A stretch of 32,000 nucleotides of DNA from Candidatus Jordarchaeales archaeon. Its GTDB lineage: Archaea > Asgardarchaeota > Jordiarchaeia > Jordiarchaeales > Freyrarchaeaceae. Positions 24,299 through 32,000 of this stretch are shown one piece after another. The number at the start of each line of letters is the position of its first letter. Position 1 is the first letter of the stretch. The notes beneath the pieces were generated by a model, which saw only the letters and a list, made by a program, of their open reading frames with translations, was not told the DNA's origin and made no database searches. Where the stretch lies: the NCBI GenBank assembly GCA_038858525.1, contig JAWCFL010000005.1, forward strand, positions 30,001 through 62,000, written 5' to 3'. Both the position numbers and the translations under genes were made by a program.

Positions 24299-24880
24299 AT
24301 GGAAGAGACAAATACTCTTAAAGAAACCGTTAAAGAACTAGACCAATCGGCAAAGCTGATAAGAGACCTCGTATCCAACCTTATAAAGCTGAGGCATAGC
24401 CTCCTAAAAGCATACTCGGGCCTCAGTAAACTCTTAGAGGAACCCGAACTCATGAAGCCAGCAGCCCCCTCACCTACGCCTCTACCCGCGCCCCCCTCGC
24501 CTCCGACACCCACCCCTCAACAAGCCGAGGAAGCCCCTTCAACTCCTCCCGCAACTGCAGTTCTCCCTGTACAGCCTCCAGTCGCTCCTCCCACGGCACC
24601 CCACGCAGTTGAGGAGGTTCTCGTTGAAGGAGAAATGGCTAATTTCGTAACAGCTTTCTCGGGGTCAATAAAGTCTGACCCGCATGTTTCCAATGTCATC
24701 AAAAAACTAAATGAGTTTAAAGAGAAAATTGAGAAAAAATACGTTTACCACCCTGTTCTTTCAGAGGTCAAGCTAGCTATTTCGAAGCTCCAAGGCATGC
24801 CTGGGGATAGCGTGCTGAGCGAGAGTGACGTGAATGAAATTCTGAGAAAACTTTCGAACTGGGTTTCCCGGCTTTCATAG
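24299..24880 (+). CDS. Hypothetical protein: N-terminal coiled coil, polyproline linker, C-terminal helical bundle
   Basis: RBS GGAAGGTG and linker PAAPSPTPLPAPPSPPTPTP...PVQPPVAPP. The stop overlaps the convergent gene. Confidence 0.85.
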   Translation: MEETNTLKETVKELDQSAKLIRDLVSNLIKLRHSLLKAYSGLSKLLEEPELMKPAAPSPTPLPAPPSPPTPTPQQAEEAPSTPPATAVLPVQPPVAPPTAPHAVEEVLVEGEMANFVTAFSGSIKSDPHVSNVIKKLNEFKEKIEKKYVYHPVLSEVKLAISKLQGMPGDSVLSESDVNEILRKLSNWVSRLS

Positions 24881-26227
24881 TTTTTTAGTGACCACTCTTA
24901 CCTCGGAGAACCTTACTGAGGGAGAAACTAGGTAAGCGTATTTTCTCACGTCATCCGCGACTCCATCGACTCTTTTAAGCATCTCATAGAAGTTATCTGC
25001 TATCATTACTCCCTTGGCCGCCCCGAGCACCTCTCCGTTCTTGACCACCCAGCATGGGTTTGCAACAACACTTATTTCCCCCGATACCGAGTTACTTGAG
25101 TGAGCTCCCTGCACATCCCAAACGATTAATCCATCATCAATTTCTTCGATGAGCTTTTCACGGCTAAGAAGCCCCTTCTCTACTACAAGGTTTGTCGCAG
25201 CTATGTGTGGAGTCGAAGAATAACTCCCCCTTCCAGCATTACCCGTCGACTCGACACCTGCCACGCCGCCCCAATAGTTGTCAAACAAGAACCCCCTCAG
25301 AACCCCCCTATCGATTATTACCTTTCTTTGACTTGGAACCCCCTCACCGTCAAAGGGAAAAGTGTTGAGCCCCCCCTCAAGTGTCCCGTCATCCATGACG
25401 TGAAGCAAACTTGATGCCACCTGCTCTCCGAGCCTCTCAGTATATGGGGACCTTTCCCTTATCACGTTGTCCCCCGATATGGCCTGCAGAAAAGTGTAGC
25501 CGATCAAAGCGTGGAGAGCAGGGTGGGAAAGGATCACCGTGCACTGTCCTTGTTTCGCCTCTGCTTTCCGTAGGGACTCAACGGCCAGCCTTGCAGCTTC
25601 CCTTCCAACTTTCTCTGGATTTATTCTTTTGCTTCTTTGGAAGTCAAACTCGCTGCACTCGGAAGACACTTCTTCGCCATCCTTAGCTACCGTTCCAAGG
25701 GCGCATCCCATCACCGTTCCCTTAGCATTTACGTTTAAGCCGTGAGTGTTCATCACGGCTACTTCACCCCACTCACTCACCGTCACCCCCCAGTATGCTG
25801 AAACCTTGCTACTATAATCCGTCGCAGCGTTAAGCATTGTTTTGGCGTGCTCAACGAGCTCCTCCTCAGTCGTCTCACAAACCCTATTGTCAAATATTCC
25901 TGAGACTACAGTTGGCTTCTTCGGTGATGGTAGCCCCCTCCACTTTTCGTCGGGTTTACTCGCCTTCGCAGCTTTGACAGCCCTCACTACAACGTCTTCT
26001 AGTTTGCTTCTCTCTAAGCTATTCGAGAAGCTGAAGCCGACCGATCCCTTCACAACGACCCTTAATCCAACTCCTTGTTCGTCTGAGAAATGGCAGGAGG
26101 AAACCTGACCAAGGTTAACTTCAACTCTCAGTTCCCTGCCGTAACTATAATACACTTCCGCCTCATCCGCCCCTTGCCTCTCAGCGTAGCCGAGAATCCA
26201 CTCAACCAACCCGGCTCTCTCACTCAA
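24875..26227 (-). CDS. pmbA: TldD/PmbA family protein, PmbA-type (non-catalytic) subunit
   Basis: DEAEVY, GVGLRVVV, FDGEGVP, GNAGR, TNLVV; it lacks the HExxGH motif. Confidence 0.92.
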   Translation of the reverse strand: MSERAGLVEWILGYAERQGADEAEVYYSYGRELRVEVNLGQVSSCHFSDEQGVGLRVVVKGSVGFSFSNSLERSKLEDVVVRAVKAAKASKPDEKWRGLPSPKKPTVVSGIFDNRVCETTEEELVEHAKTMLNAATDYSSKVSAYWGVTVSEWGEVAVMNTHGLNVNAKGTVMGCALGTVAKDGEEVSSECSEFDFQRSKRINPEKVGREAARLAVESLRKAEAKQGQCTVILSHPALHALIGYTFLQAISGDNVIRERSPYTERLGEQVASSLLHVMDDGTLEGGLNTFPFDGEGVPSQRKVIIDRGVLRGFLFDNYWGGVAGVESTGNAGRGSYSSTPHIAATNLVVEKGLLSREKLIEEIDDGLIVWDVQGAHSSNSVSGEISVVANPCWVVKNGEVLGAAKGVMIADNFYEMLKRVDGVADDVRKYAYLVSPSVRFSEVRVVTKKL

Positions 26228-27656
26228 CTCTCATCCCTCCAACGAGCATCCTACTACACCTTATGTGTGGCCCGCCATCCCCCACGTTTACTGTTTGGCC
26301 TTTGCCGCACCACCCAACGTTGAGCTTAAAGTCATTTCCAACAGCATCAACGTGCATGAGCGTCTCAAGCGTGTTCCCGCTAATGGAAAGGTTCCTAACA
26401 GGCCTGCCCACCTCCCCGTTCACCACCTCGTAAGCCCTCTGGACGCCAACCTGAAATGTCCCGTCAAGGTTCGCCTGCCCACCTCTAAAGCTCTCAAGAA
26501 GATAACCGAATGATAAGTCCTCGATCATCTCTTCAAGCGTCCAGTCTCCGGGAGCTATACAAGTGTTCCTCATTCTCACAAGTGGAGGGACTCTAAAACT
26601 TTCAGCCCTAGCGTTCCCCGTAGGTTTAGTGTTAAACTCCTCATCCACCTTAAGGTGAAGCCTATCAACCATCTTTTGAATCTTGGCAGCGGTCTCCCTA
26701 TCATACATCAACCCGACCACACGTCCCTCCTTCACTATCACGCTTTTTTGCGCCTTCACCCCCTCATCATCATACCTGAAGCTTCCAAAGCCCCCCTCTA
26801 TTGTCGCGTCGTCGAATATGTTCACCAGAGGTGAGGCAACTTTTTCTCCCAGCTTACAAAGAAGTAGTCCGCCTGCAAGCGCTGAGTCAGCTTCCGCAAG
26901 GTGTCCAAATGCTTCGTGAACCAGCACGCCCGTCACGTTCGGCCCCATTACTACAGGGAAAACACCCCCCTTCGGAGTGACCGCATCCAACTGTTCAAGG
27001 AGAGCACGTGAAATTCTCTCTGCAAGCTCATCGGGCGGATTCTCTCTCCAAACCTTGAATCCTTTAATTGACCCTAACTCCTCCCTGTAAGTGGCGTAAA
27101 TGCTTCCTTCCTTTGCAGTAGCCACAGCCCTACCCCAAACATACAGCACGTCCTGAACTATTCTCGCCCCATCGCTATTAAAGTACCATTTTTTTCCGTA
27201 AACGTCGCTGTAGCTGAAGTTGAAGCTTTTGATTCTGTCACTAGAAGAAAATATGGCTCTTCCAAGCTTCAAAAACATCTCTATCTTGTCGTCTATTTCC
27301 ACATCGGCAGGATTCTCGTCGGCCTTCACATACACCCTATCCACGGACGCCTCAACGTCAGCTAGCTCCACACTCTCCTTAACCGCCCGACTCGCCGCGG
27401 TAGCCAGCTTCACCGCGCTCGTACAAGCCTCCCTCAGCCTCTCAAGACTACTAGTGGATGCAAATCCCCATGCTCCACTTGATATTACACGTATGGAGAA
27501 TCCACGGTCAACTCCCTGTTTCACTGCTCTAACGCGCTCATCCTCTATCTCCAACGATGTTTCCATGAGCTCTTCTCCTCTGATTTCCACGTAGCTGGCC
27601 CCTAGACTAAGTCCGTAGTCAACTGTTCTTATCAGTTCATCCTCCATTGATGCCAC
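26220..27656 (-). CDS. tldD: TldD/PmbA family metalloprotease, TldD-type subunit
   Basis: GVLVHEAFGHLAEAD zinc motif, YDDEGV, TGNARA, RMRNT, CGKGQ, GGPH. Confidence 0.95.
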   Translation of the reverse strand: MASMEDELIRTVDYGLSLGASYVEIRGEELMETSLEIEDERVRAVKQGVDRGFSIRVISSGAWGFASTSSLERLREACTSAVKLATAASRAVKESVELADVEASVDRVYVKADENPADVEIDDKIEMFLKLGRAIFSSSDRIKSFNFSYSDVYGKKWYFNSDGARIVQDVLYVWGRAVATAKEGSIYATYREELGSIKGFKVWRENPPDELAERISRALLEQLDAVTPKGGVFPVVMGPNVTGVLVHEAFGHLAEADSALAGGLLLCKLGEKVASPLVNIFDDATIEGGFGSFRYDDEGVKAQKSVIVKEGRVVGLMYDRETAAKIQKMVDRLHLKVDEEFNTKPTGNARAESFRVPPLVRMRNTCIAPGDWTLEEMIEDLSFGYLLESFRGGQANLDGTFQVGVQRAYEVVNGEVGRPVRNLSISGNTLETLMHVDAVGNDFKLNVGWCGKGQTVNVGDGGPHIRCSRMLVGGMRVE

Positions 27657-27738
27657 CTCTGGATAAGGAATATTAACCTAGAAATAAAGCTGTTTGTAGG
27701 CGTTTCAGTTAGGGCTTCACAGCTGGAGGTTCAAATGG

Positions 27739-28572
27739 TTGCGTGGCTCCATCACCGTAGCCGCCATTCAATTGAAGAAGGCTGACAACAAAGAGGAAAA
27801 CTTCAGGAACGTTTCCAGACTTGTTAACGAAACTGTTAGAAGAGGAAACGTGGACCTTGTATGTCTTCCTGAGAAGTGGAACATCAAGGAGGGCAACCCT
27901 CTCACGGACTCTGAAAGCCCTGATGGTCCCAGCATAAGGCTCCTAGAGTCTATCGCTGAGGAGTATGGAGTCTACGTGCTCGGCGGCTCAGTGTGGGAGA
28001 AATGGAACGGGAAGGTCTACAACGTTTCCCGCCTCATGGATAGGTCAGGCAGATGCATCGGTGTTCATCGGAAGATCCACCTTTACGGCATGGAGAAGCA
28101 GTTCTTCGAGCCGGGTAACAGCCTCGAGCCATGCGAAACAGAATTCGGTAAGGTGGGCCTAACGGTGTGCTTTGACCTAGCCTTCCCCGAAGTTGCAAGA
28201 ATTCTCACCCTCAAAGGAGCTGATATCATATTGAACCCCGCCTTCATACCCTCAGACGGCGTGGAGAACTGGCATATTTACGTGAAGGCTAGAGCATTAG
28301 AGAACAGGGTTCCCGTTGTCGGAATAAATTCTGTAAGTTTCGAAAGGGGGGTCAGCTGGCCTGGGGAAAGCATAATAGTTGGCTTCCATGAAGGGTACGA
28401 GTCTCCAGCTAAATTAAATGTCCTCGTCGGGAAGAGGAGTGAAGAAGACATATTAATTCAGAAAGTCGACTTGGATTATCCGCGCCACATCAGGGCGATC
28501 CGTCTATCCGAAAGAGCAAAAATAATAGATGAGCTTTTAAGTCTCGCAGCGCGGAAACATTTTTTAGTTTAA
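27739..28572 (+). CDS. Carbon-nitrogen hydrolase (nitrilase superfamily, omega-amidase-like)
   Basis: Catalytic triad in CLPE (Glu), HRKIHL (Lys) and VCFDLAFPE (Cys); also ARALEN. Confidence 0.95.
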   Translation: MRGSITVAAIQLKKADNKEENFRNVSRLVNETVRRGNVDLVCLPEKWNIKEGNPLTDSESPDGPSIRLLESIAEEYGVYVLGGSVWEKWNGKVYNVSRLMDRSGRCIGVHRKIHLYGMEKQFFEPGNSLEPCETEFGKVGLTVCFDLAFPEVARILTLKGADIILNPAFIPSDGVENWHIYVKARALENRVPVVGINSVSFERGVSWPGESIIVGFHEGYESPAKLNVLVGKRSEEDILIQKVDLDYPRHIRAIRLSERAKIIDELLSLAARKHFLV

Positions 28573-28606
28573 GATAATATGATGAGCTGAAGCGGAGGCA
28601 AAAACT

Positions 28607-28879
28607 ATGGGCAAGAGAATGAAGCAACAGGAAAAGGTGGTCGAAAAGGAAGTGCGTAAAATACTGGTTGATGAAGCAACACTTGAATCTATTGAGAAAG
28701 AAGTTCCGAAAATGAAAGTCATAACGCCAAGTGAAGTATCTGACAAGTACGGCGTAAGGGTCAGCGTTGCAAAGTCAATCCTGAAACGCCTAGAAGAAAA
28801 AGGCCTCATAAAACTGGTGTCTTCCGACAGGAGGCTCAAAGTCTGGACTGGGGCAAGAGCTGAAGCAGCTGCAGGCTAA
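28607..28879 (+). CDS. rps25e: 30S ribosomal protein S25e
   Basis: IEKEVPKMKVITPSEVSDKYGVRVSVAKSILKRLEEKGLIKLV. Confidence 0.95.
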   Translation: MGKRMKQQEKVVEKEVRKILVDEATLESIEKEVPKMKVITPSEVSDKYGVRVSVAKSILKRLEEKGLIKLVSSDRRLKVWTGARAEAAAG

Positions 28880-29430
28880 AGTTTGACTGTGGATAAAGCC
28901 TCATCAAACGCCCTCACTTGTTCCTCGCTTACATCACACAAAATCACTTTTTTCAGCTTTGTTCCCGAGTCAACATGCCGAAAAAGTGCCTTAACCATCC
29001 TCTTAGCAGCCTCGTCCTTCGGAACCCCTCCAACCCCTGTCCCTAAAGCAGGTACCGCTATAGACTCAACCTCCAGCTCCTCAGCGCACCTAAGCGCGGC
29101 TTCCATGGCCATCTCAACTTTCCTAGGTGTGGTAATCATGCCCGGCTCCTCCATTGTTGGTGCGTGGATCACGTACTTCGCCTTAAGTCTCCCTGCTGTT
29201 GAGGCCACGGCTTGGCCCACAGGTACAAAAGGTTCGCCTCTCTCGTTTTTTGGCGCCCTTCTTCGTGCGTCCTCCTCTATTTCGACGCCGCCAGCTCTCC
29301 TAATAGCTCCTGCTACCCCACCCCCCATCCACAAATGGCTGTTAGCGGCGTTAACTATCGCGTCTACCTCAAGCTTAGTTATGTCTCCTAAATAAGTTTC
29401 AATCCTTAAATTCTTATACTCATAATTCAA
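28876..29430 (-). CDS. Macrodomain protein (ADP-ribose binding / O-acetyl-ADP-ribose deacetylase, MacroD-like)
   Basis: GDITKLEVDAIVNAAN...GGGVAGAI...VIHAPTM...PALGTGVGG. Confidence 0.97.
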   Translation of the reverse strand: MNYEYKNLRIETYLGDITKLEVDAIVNAANSHLWMGGGVAGAIRRAGGVEIEEDARRRAPKNERGEPFVPVGQAVASTAGRLKAKYVIHAPTMEEPGMITTPRKVEMAMEAALRCAEELEVESIAVPALGTGVGGVPKDEAAKRMVKALFRHVDSGTKLKKVILCDVSEEQVRAFDEALSTVKL

Positions 29431-29446
29431 CTCCCTCTAACCTCCT

Positions 29447-29926
29447 TCATACTTTTCTCTCCTCAACTTTCTTTTTTCTACTTTTTCTAAGCTCTCTGTT
29501 TTGAGAAGCTATTAAGAGAAGGAAGCTTATAACAATAAAGAAAGCACCCACCGCCTCCGGCATTGTTAACAACGAAGCAATAACCACAATTACTGGTTGC
29601 GCTAGGAGCGCATGGTAAATATACCTCCAAAACTTGTTCACCTGCCACACCATAAACAAGTTAAAAGCCGTCAACCCTATGGAGAACACTGTTTGCGAGG
29701 TATAGAGCGGAAGCAGGCTGGAAGCTGAAGCGTAAACTAAGGAGATTAGTACCACTTCTTCCGGCGAACTGAATGCGGCACCTAACAGCAGCGCCTCTCC
29801 CCTTATCACACTTACACTCGAAAGCAGAGTATAAGCTGTGAAGGAAAAGAAAGCTGCATATGCTGCTTCAGCAACCAGGAGTAGCATAACTAGATTTAAC
29901 ACAGTTTTCCTCTCCAATTCAATCAC
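29447..29926 (-). CDS. Integral membrane protein, about 4-5 TM helices
   Basis: Hydrophobic helices, basic C-terminal tail and RBS GGGTG. Confidence 0.8.
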   Translation of the reverse strand: MIELERKTVLNLVMLLLVAEAAYAAFFSFTAYTLLSSVSVIRGEALLLGAAFSSPEEVVLISLVYASASSLLPLYTSQTVFSIGLTAFNLFMVWQVNKFWRYIYHALLAQPVIVVIASLLTMPEAVGAFFIVISFLLLIASQNRELRKSRKKKVEERKV

Positions 29927-30116
29927 CCTTTCTCCCTATTAATCGTGGTTTCGCTTTCTGTATTTTCTCTACTTTCCTTAAAAACATACCTTCCGAGCGA
30001 AGGTATATAAGAGCACGTCACATAATGCTTCATCCCTCTTTCATTAGGAAGGTTTAAAAACACCAACAACTCCTTTCTTATTTAAGGAGTCTTCAAAGTG
30101 TTTCTGTTGGTTTTTA

Positions 30117-30464
30117 ATGGTAAATGAAAAAGGGAGGGCGTTTCTAATGGCGGCCAAACAAAAGGGAAAAGGTTCTGAGGAAAAAAGTTCTTCAACGGAA
30201 AATATGGTTTTTGTGGGTAAAAAGCCGACAATGAGTTATGTTTTGGCATGTGTGATGCAGCTTAGCCAAGGCGCCAACGAGGTGAGAGTCGTAGCGCGTG
30301 GCAGAGCAATATCTAAGGCAGTGGACGTAGTGGAAATTGTGAGGCAACGTTTCATGCCTGACTCTGTAAAGCTGGGCGAAATAAAAATTGGAACAGAGAT
30401 CATAGGCTCAGGCGATGACCAGCGCAATGTCTCAACGATAGAGATCGAATTGAAAAAAGTATAG
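30117..30464 (+). CDS. albA: DNA/RNA-binding protein Alba
   Basis: [14 protein letters not shown]...[14 protein letters not shown]...IGTE...VSTIEI. Probable start is the ATG at 30147. Confidence 0.98.
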   Translation: MVNEKGRAFLMAAKQKGKGSEEKSSSTENMVFVGKKPTMSYVLACVMQLSQGANEVRVVARGRAISKAVDVVEIVRQRFMPDSVKLGEIKIGTEIIGSGDDQRNVSTIEIELKKV

Positions 30465-30483
30465 TTCTCCGGGGAAAGATAGT

Positions 30484-30687
30484 TTGATAGTTGTCGAGAA
30501 GGTTAAACGGAATGACGTAAAGTGCGGATTGTGCGGCGCCCCCCTCACATTCACTCTTATTTGGGAAAACGGAAAATACGCTTGGATATACGAGTGCGAG
30601 AACTGCTCGCCTCATCATCAGCCAAAGAAGGACTTAGGGGAGGAAATAAGGGAGGAATTCGTTAATAGACTTGTGAGGTCATGGTGA
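30484..30687 (+). CDS. Small Zn-finger (CxxC...CxxC) protein
   Basis: CGLCG...CENC, co-oriented between alba and the YkgJ-family gene. Confidence 0.7.
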   Translation: MIVVEKVKRNDVKCGLCGAPLTFTLIWENGKYAWIYECENCSPHHQPKKDLGEEIREEFVNRLVRSW

Positions 30688-30690
30688 CTC

Positions 30691-31272
30691 TTGAAGTTTG
30701 AGTGCTTGAAGTGCGGGCGTTGTTGTAAGGACGAAAAAACAATAGTCACATTAACACACAGGGATTTGATTAGACTCGCCGAAGCCATAGAGATGGATGA
30801 AAAAGAACTCGTGAAACATGTTCTCGTTTTCTATCAAGTTAATGAAGACACTGAAGCGTTTCTCGCCTTTCCCTCTATAGAGACTTATAGAGGGAAAGCG
30901 ATCATGGGTTTAAGAAAGAGGAAGGATGGGTCATGCATCTTTCTAGAAGAAAACACTTGCAGCGTTTACCCGTCGCGTCCTATGACTTGTAGAACGTTTC
31001 CCTTCACGTTCTCCGTTCAAGATGGGTGGCTAAAGTATGGTGTGGCAACTAGGGCCAAAGACATATGCCCGGGAATAGGGAAAGGCATGGAGATAGATGA
31101 AAACCAACTAGCCGAAATAGGGTGGAAAGCGGTTACCGAGCTTAAAGAGTACTTTAGAATTGCTGCCTTGTGGAAGAGAGCTGTTCGGAGCGGCGTCCCG
31201 GCAATCCCCGAACTGCTAATTAAGCTTATACTCCAAAGTGGGGGCAAAGAGGAGGTCGCAATAAAGCGATAA
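30691..31272 (+). CDS. YkgJ/CxxCxxCC family cysteine-cluster protein
   Basis: FECLKCGRCC...CIFL...CSVYPSRPMTCRTFPF...CPG. Confidence 0.93.
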   Translation: MKFECLKCGRCCKDEKTIVTLTHRDLIRLAEAIEMDEKELVKHVLVFYQVNEDTEAFLAFPSIETYRGKAIMGLRKRKDGSCIFLEENTCSVYPSRPMTCRTFPFTFSVQDGWLKYGVATRAKDICPGIGKGMEIDENQLAEIGWKAVTELKEYFRIAALWKRAVRSGVPAIPELLIKLILQSGGKEEVAIKR

Positions 31273-31331
31273 CGCGCAGCACATGGAAAGCACCCGGAAA
31301 CTCGAGCCAAATAATTATGGGAGACCATGTT

Positions 31332-31739
31332 CTACTCCGCTAGCTCTACCCGGATCTTTGTTCCCTGTTTTACTTGGCGGAAGAGCTCGAGTCCCTTAAT
31401 TATTATTCCTACTGGATTCACCTCGGAGTATGGTTTGATCTTATCATAGAAGATGCAGAGTGCATCCCCCATTGGCCAGTAAGCTATTTCGCCCACTTCG
31501 ATTTCCTTCCTTGCCTTTTCCGCTCCTTTTTTTATTCCAACCGGGAAGTAAACTTCTTTCCCCTGCCATACACTTGCATTACTTGTTATTGGAAGGGCGC
31601 CGAGAAGTGCTTCCACAGTTATTGGTGCCTTCAGCCTGTTAAGCTCCCCCTCGGCTTCCCCCACCCCCTCTATAATAAAACGTACCCTAAACCTGCTTAG
31701 CTTGCTAGACACCTCGGATCCCCCCAAACGAATTCCCAT
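31332..31739 (-). CDS. Cyclophilin-like fold protein (DUF369)
   Basis: APITVEALLGALP...WQGKEVYF...GEIAYWPMGDALCIFY...VNPVG. Confidence 0.9.
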   Translation of the reverse strand: MGIRLGGSEVSSKLSRFRVRFIIEGVGEAEGELNRLKAPITVEALLGALPITSNASVWQGKEVYFPVGIKKGAEKARKEIEVGEIAYWPMGDALCIFYDKIKPYSEVNPVGIIIKGLELFRQVKQGTKIRVELAE

Positions 31740-31814
31740 TTCCTTTTAACAGTTTTTCCGCGAGTAGGCAAATCAAAAACAAAAATGGAAAGAAGTTAAG
31801 AGAAACCTACACTT

Positions 31815-32000
31815 TTACTTTTTGATCTTCTCTGTTAGCTTCTCGCACGGGACAACTGTAACCTTCCAGCCTGTGACCTTCTCAATTTTTTCTTTGATGG
31901 GAGCTGCTTCTTCCGGCACAATGAGTTCCCTGTGACTAACCTTCTTCTCTACGTCCTCTCTCTGCATGAAGGCCTTAACAGTTTCTTCAGTGAGTTTCTT
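31815..32000 (-). CDS. C-terminal fragment of an acetyl-CoA decarbonylase/synthase gamma (CdhE/AcsC)-like protein, 5' truncated
   Basis: Manual translation KKLTEETVKAFMQREDVEKKVSHRELIVPEEAAPIKEKIEKVTGWKVTVVPCEKLTEKIKK* resembles the CdhE C-terminus (KVKHRKLIIPG...GWEVIVGP). Confidence 0.65.
   Translation of the reverse strand, partial: KKLTEETVKAFMQREDVEKKVSHRELIVPEEAAPIKEKIEKVTGWKVTVVPCEKLTEKIKK

Noticed and set aside
1-32000. CRISPR array or insertion sequence
   Set aside because: I saw no regularly spaced 25-40 nt repeats, terminal inverted repeat pairs or transposase ORF.

Overview
Archaeal chromosomal window with GGAGG/GGTG ribosome-binding sites, BRE-TATA promoters and E/K/R-rich proteins. 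The gene set (rpl15e, rnp2/rnp3, rps25e, alba, TIP49, an oapABC-like trio, a long Trm112, a CdhE-like fragment and a mu-homology-like protein) suggests a thermophilic Asgard-type lineage such as Jordarchaeia/Freyarchaeia; this is inference, not a database result. About 33 protein genes are supported, mostly housekeeping. The most interesting signal is non-coding RNA that the ORF track misses. (1) A tRNA-Trp(CCA) gene at 17059-17257 is split by four introns: one at 18/19, one at 37/38, a 16-nt intron nested inside the 37/38 intron, and one at 56/57. The 37/38 intron is a box C/D guide RNA for its own Cm34 and Cm39, and its splice motif can only form after the nested intron is removed. (2) A divergent tRNA-Arg(CCT)/tRNA-Gly(GCC) pair carries non-canonical introns, one only 10 nt long. 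(3) Two free-standing box C/D sRNAs sit inside operons, one predicted to guide 23S Gm2251 and one a 16S site. All RNA structures were folded by hand. No CRISPR array, transposase or integrase was seen.
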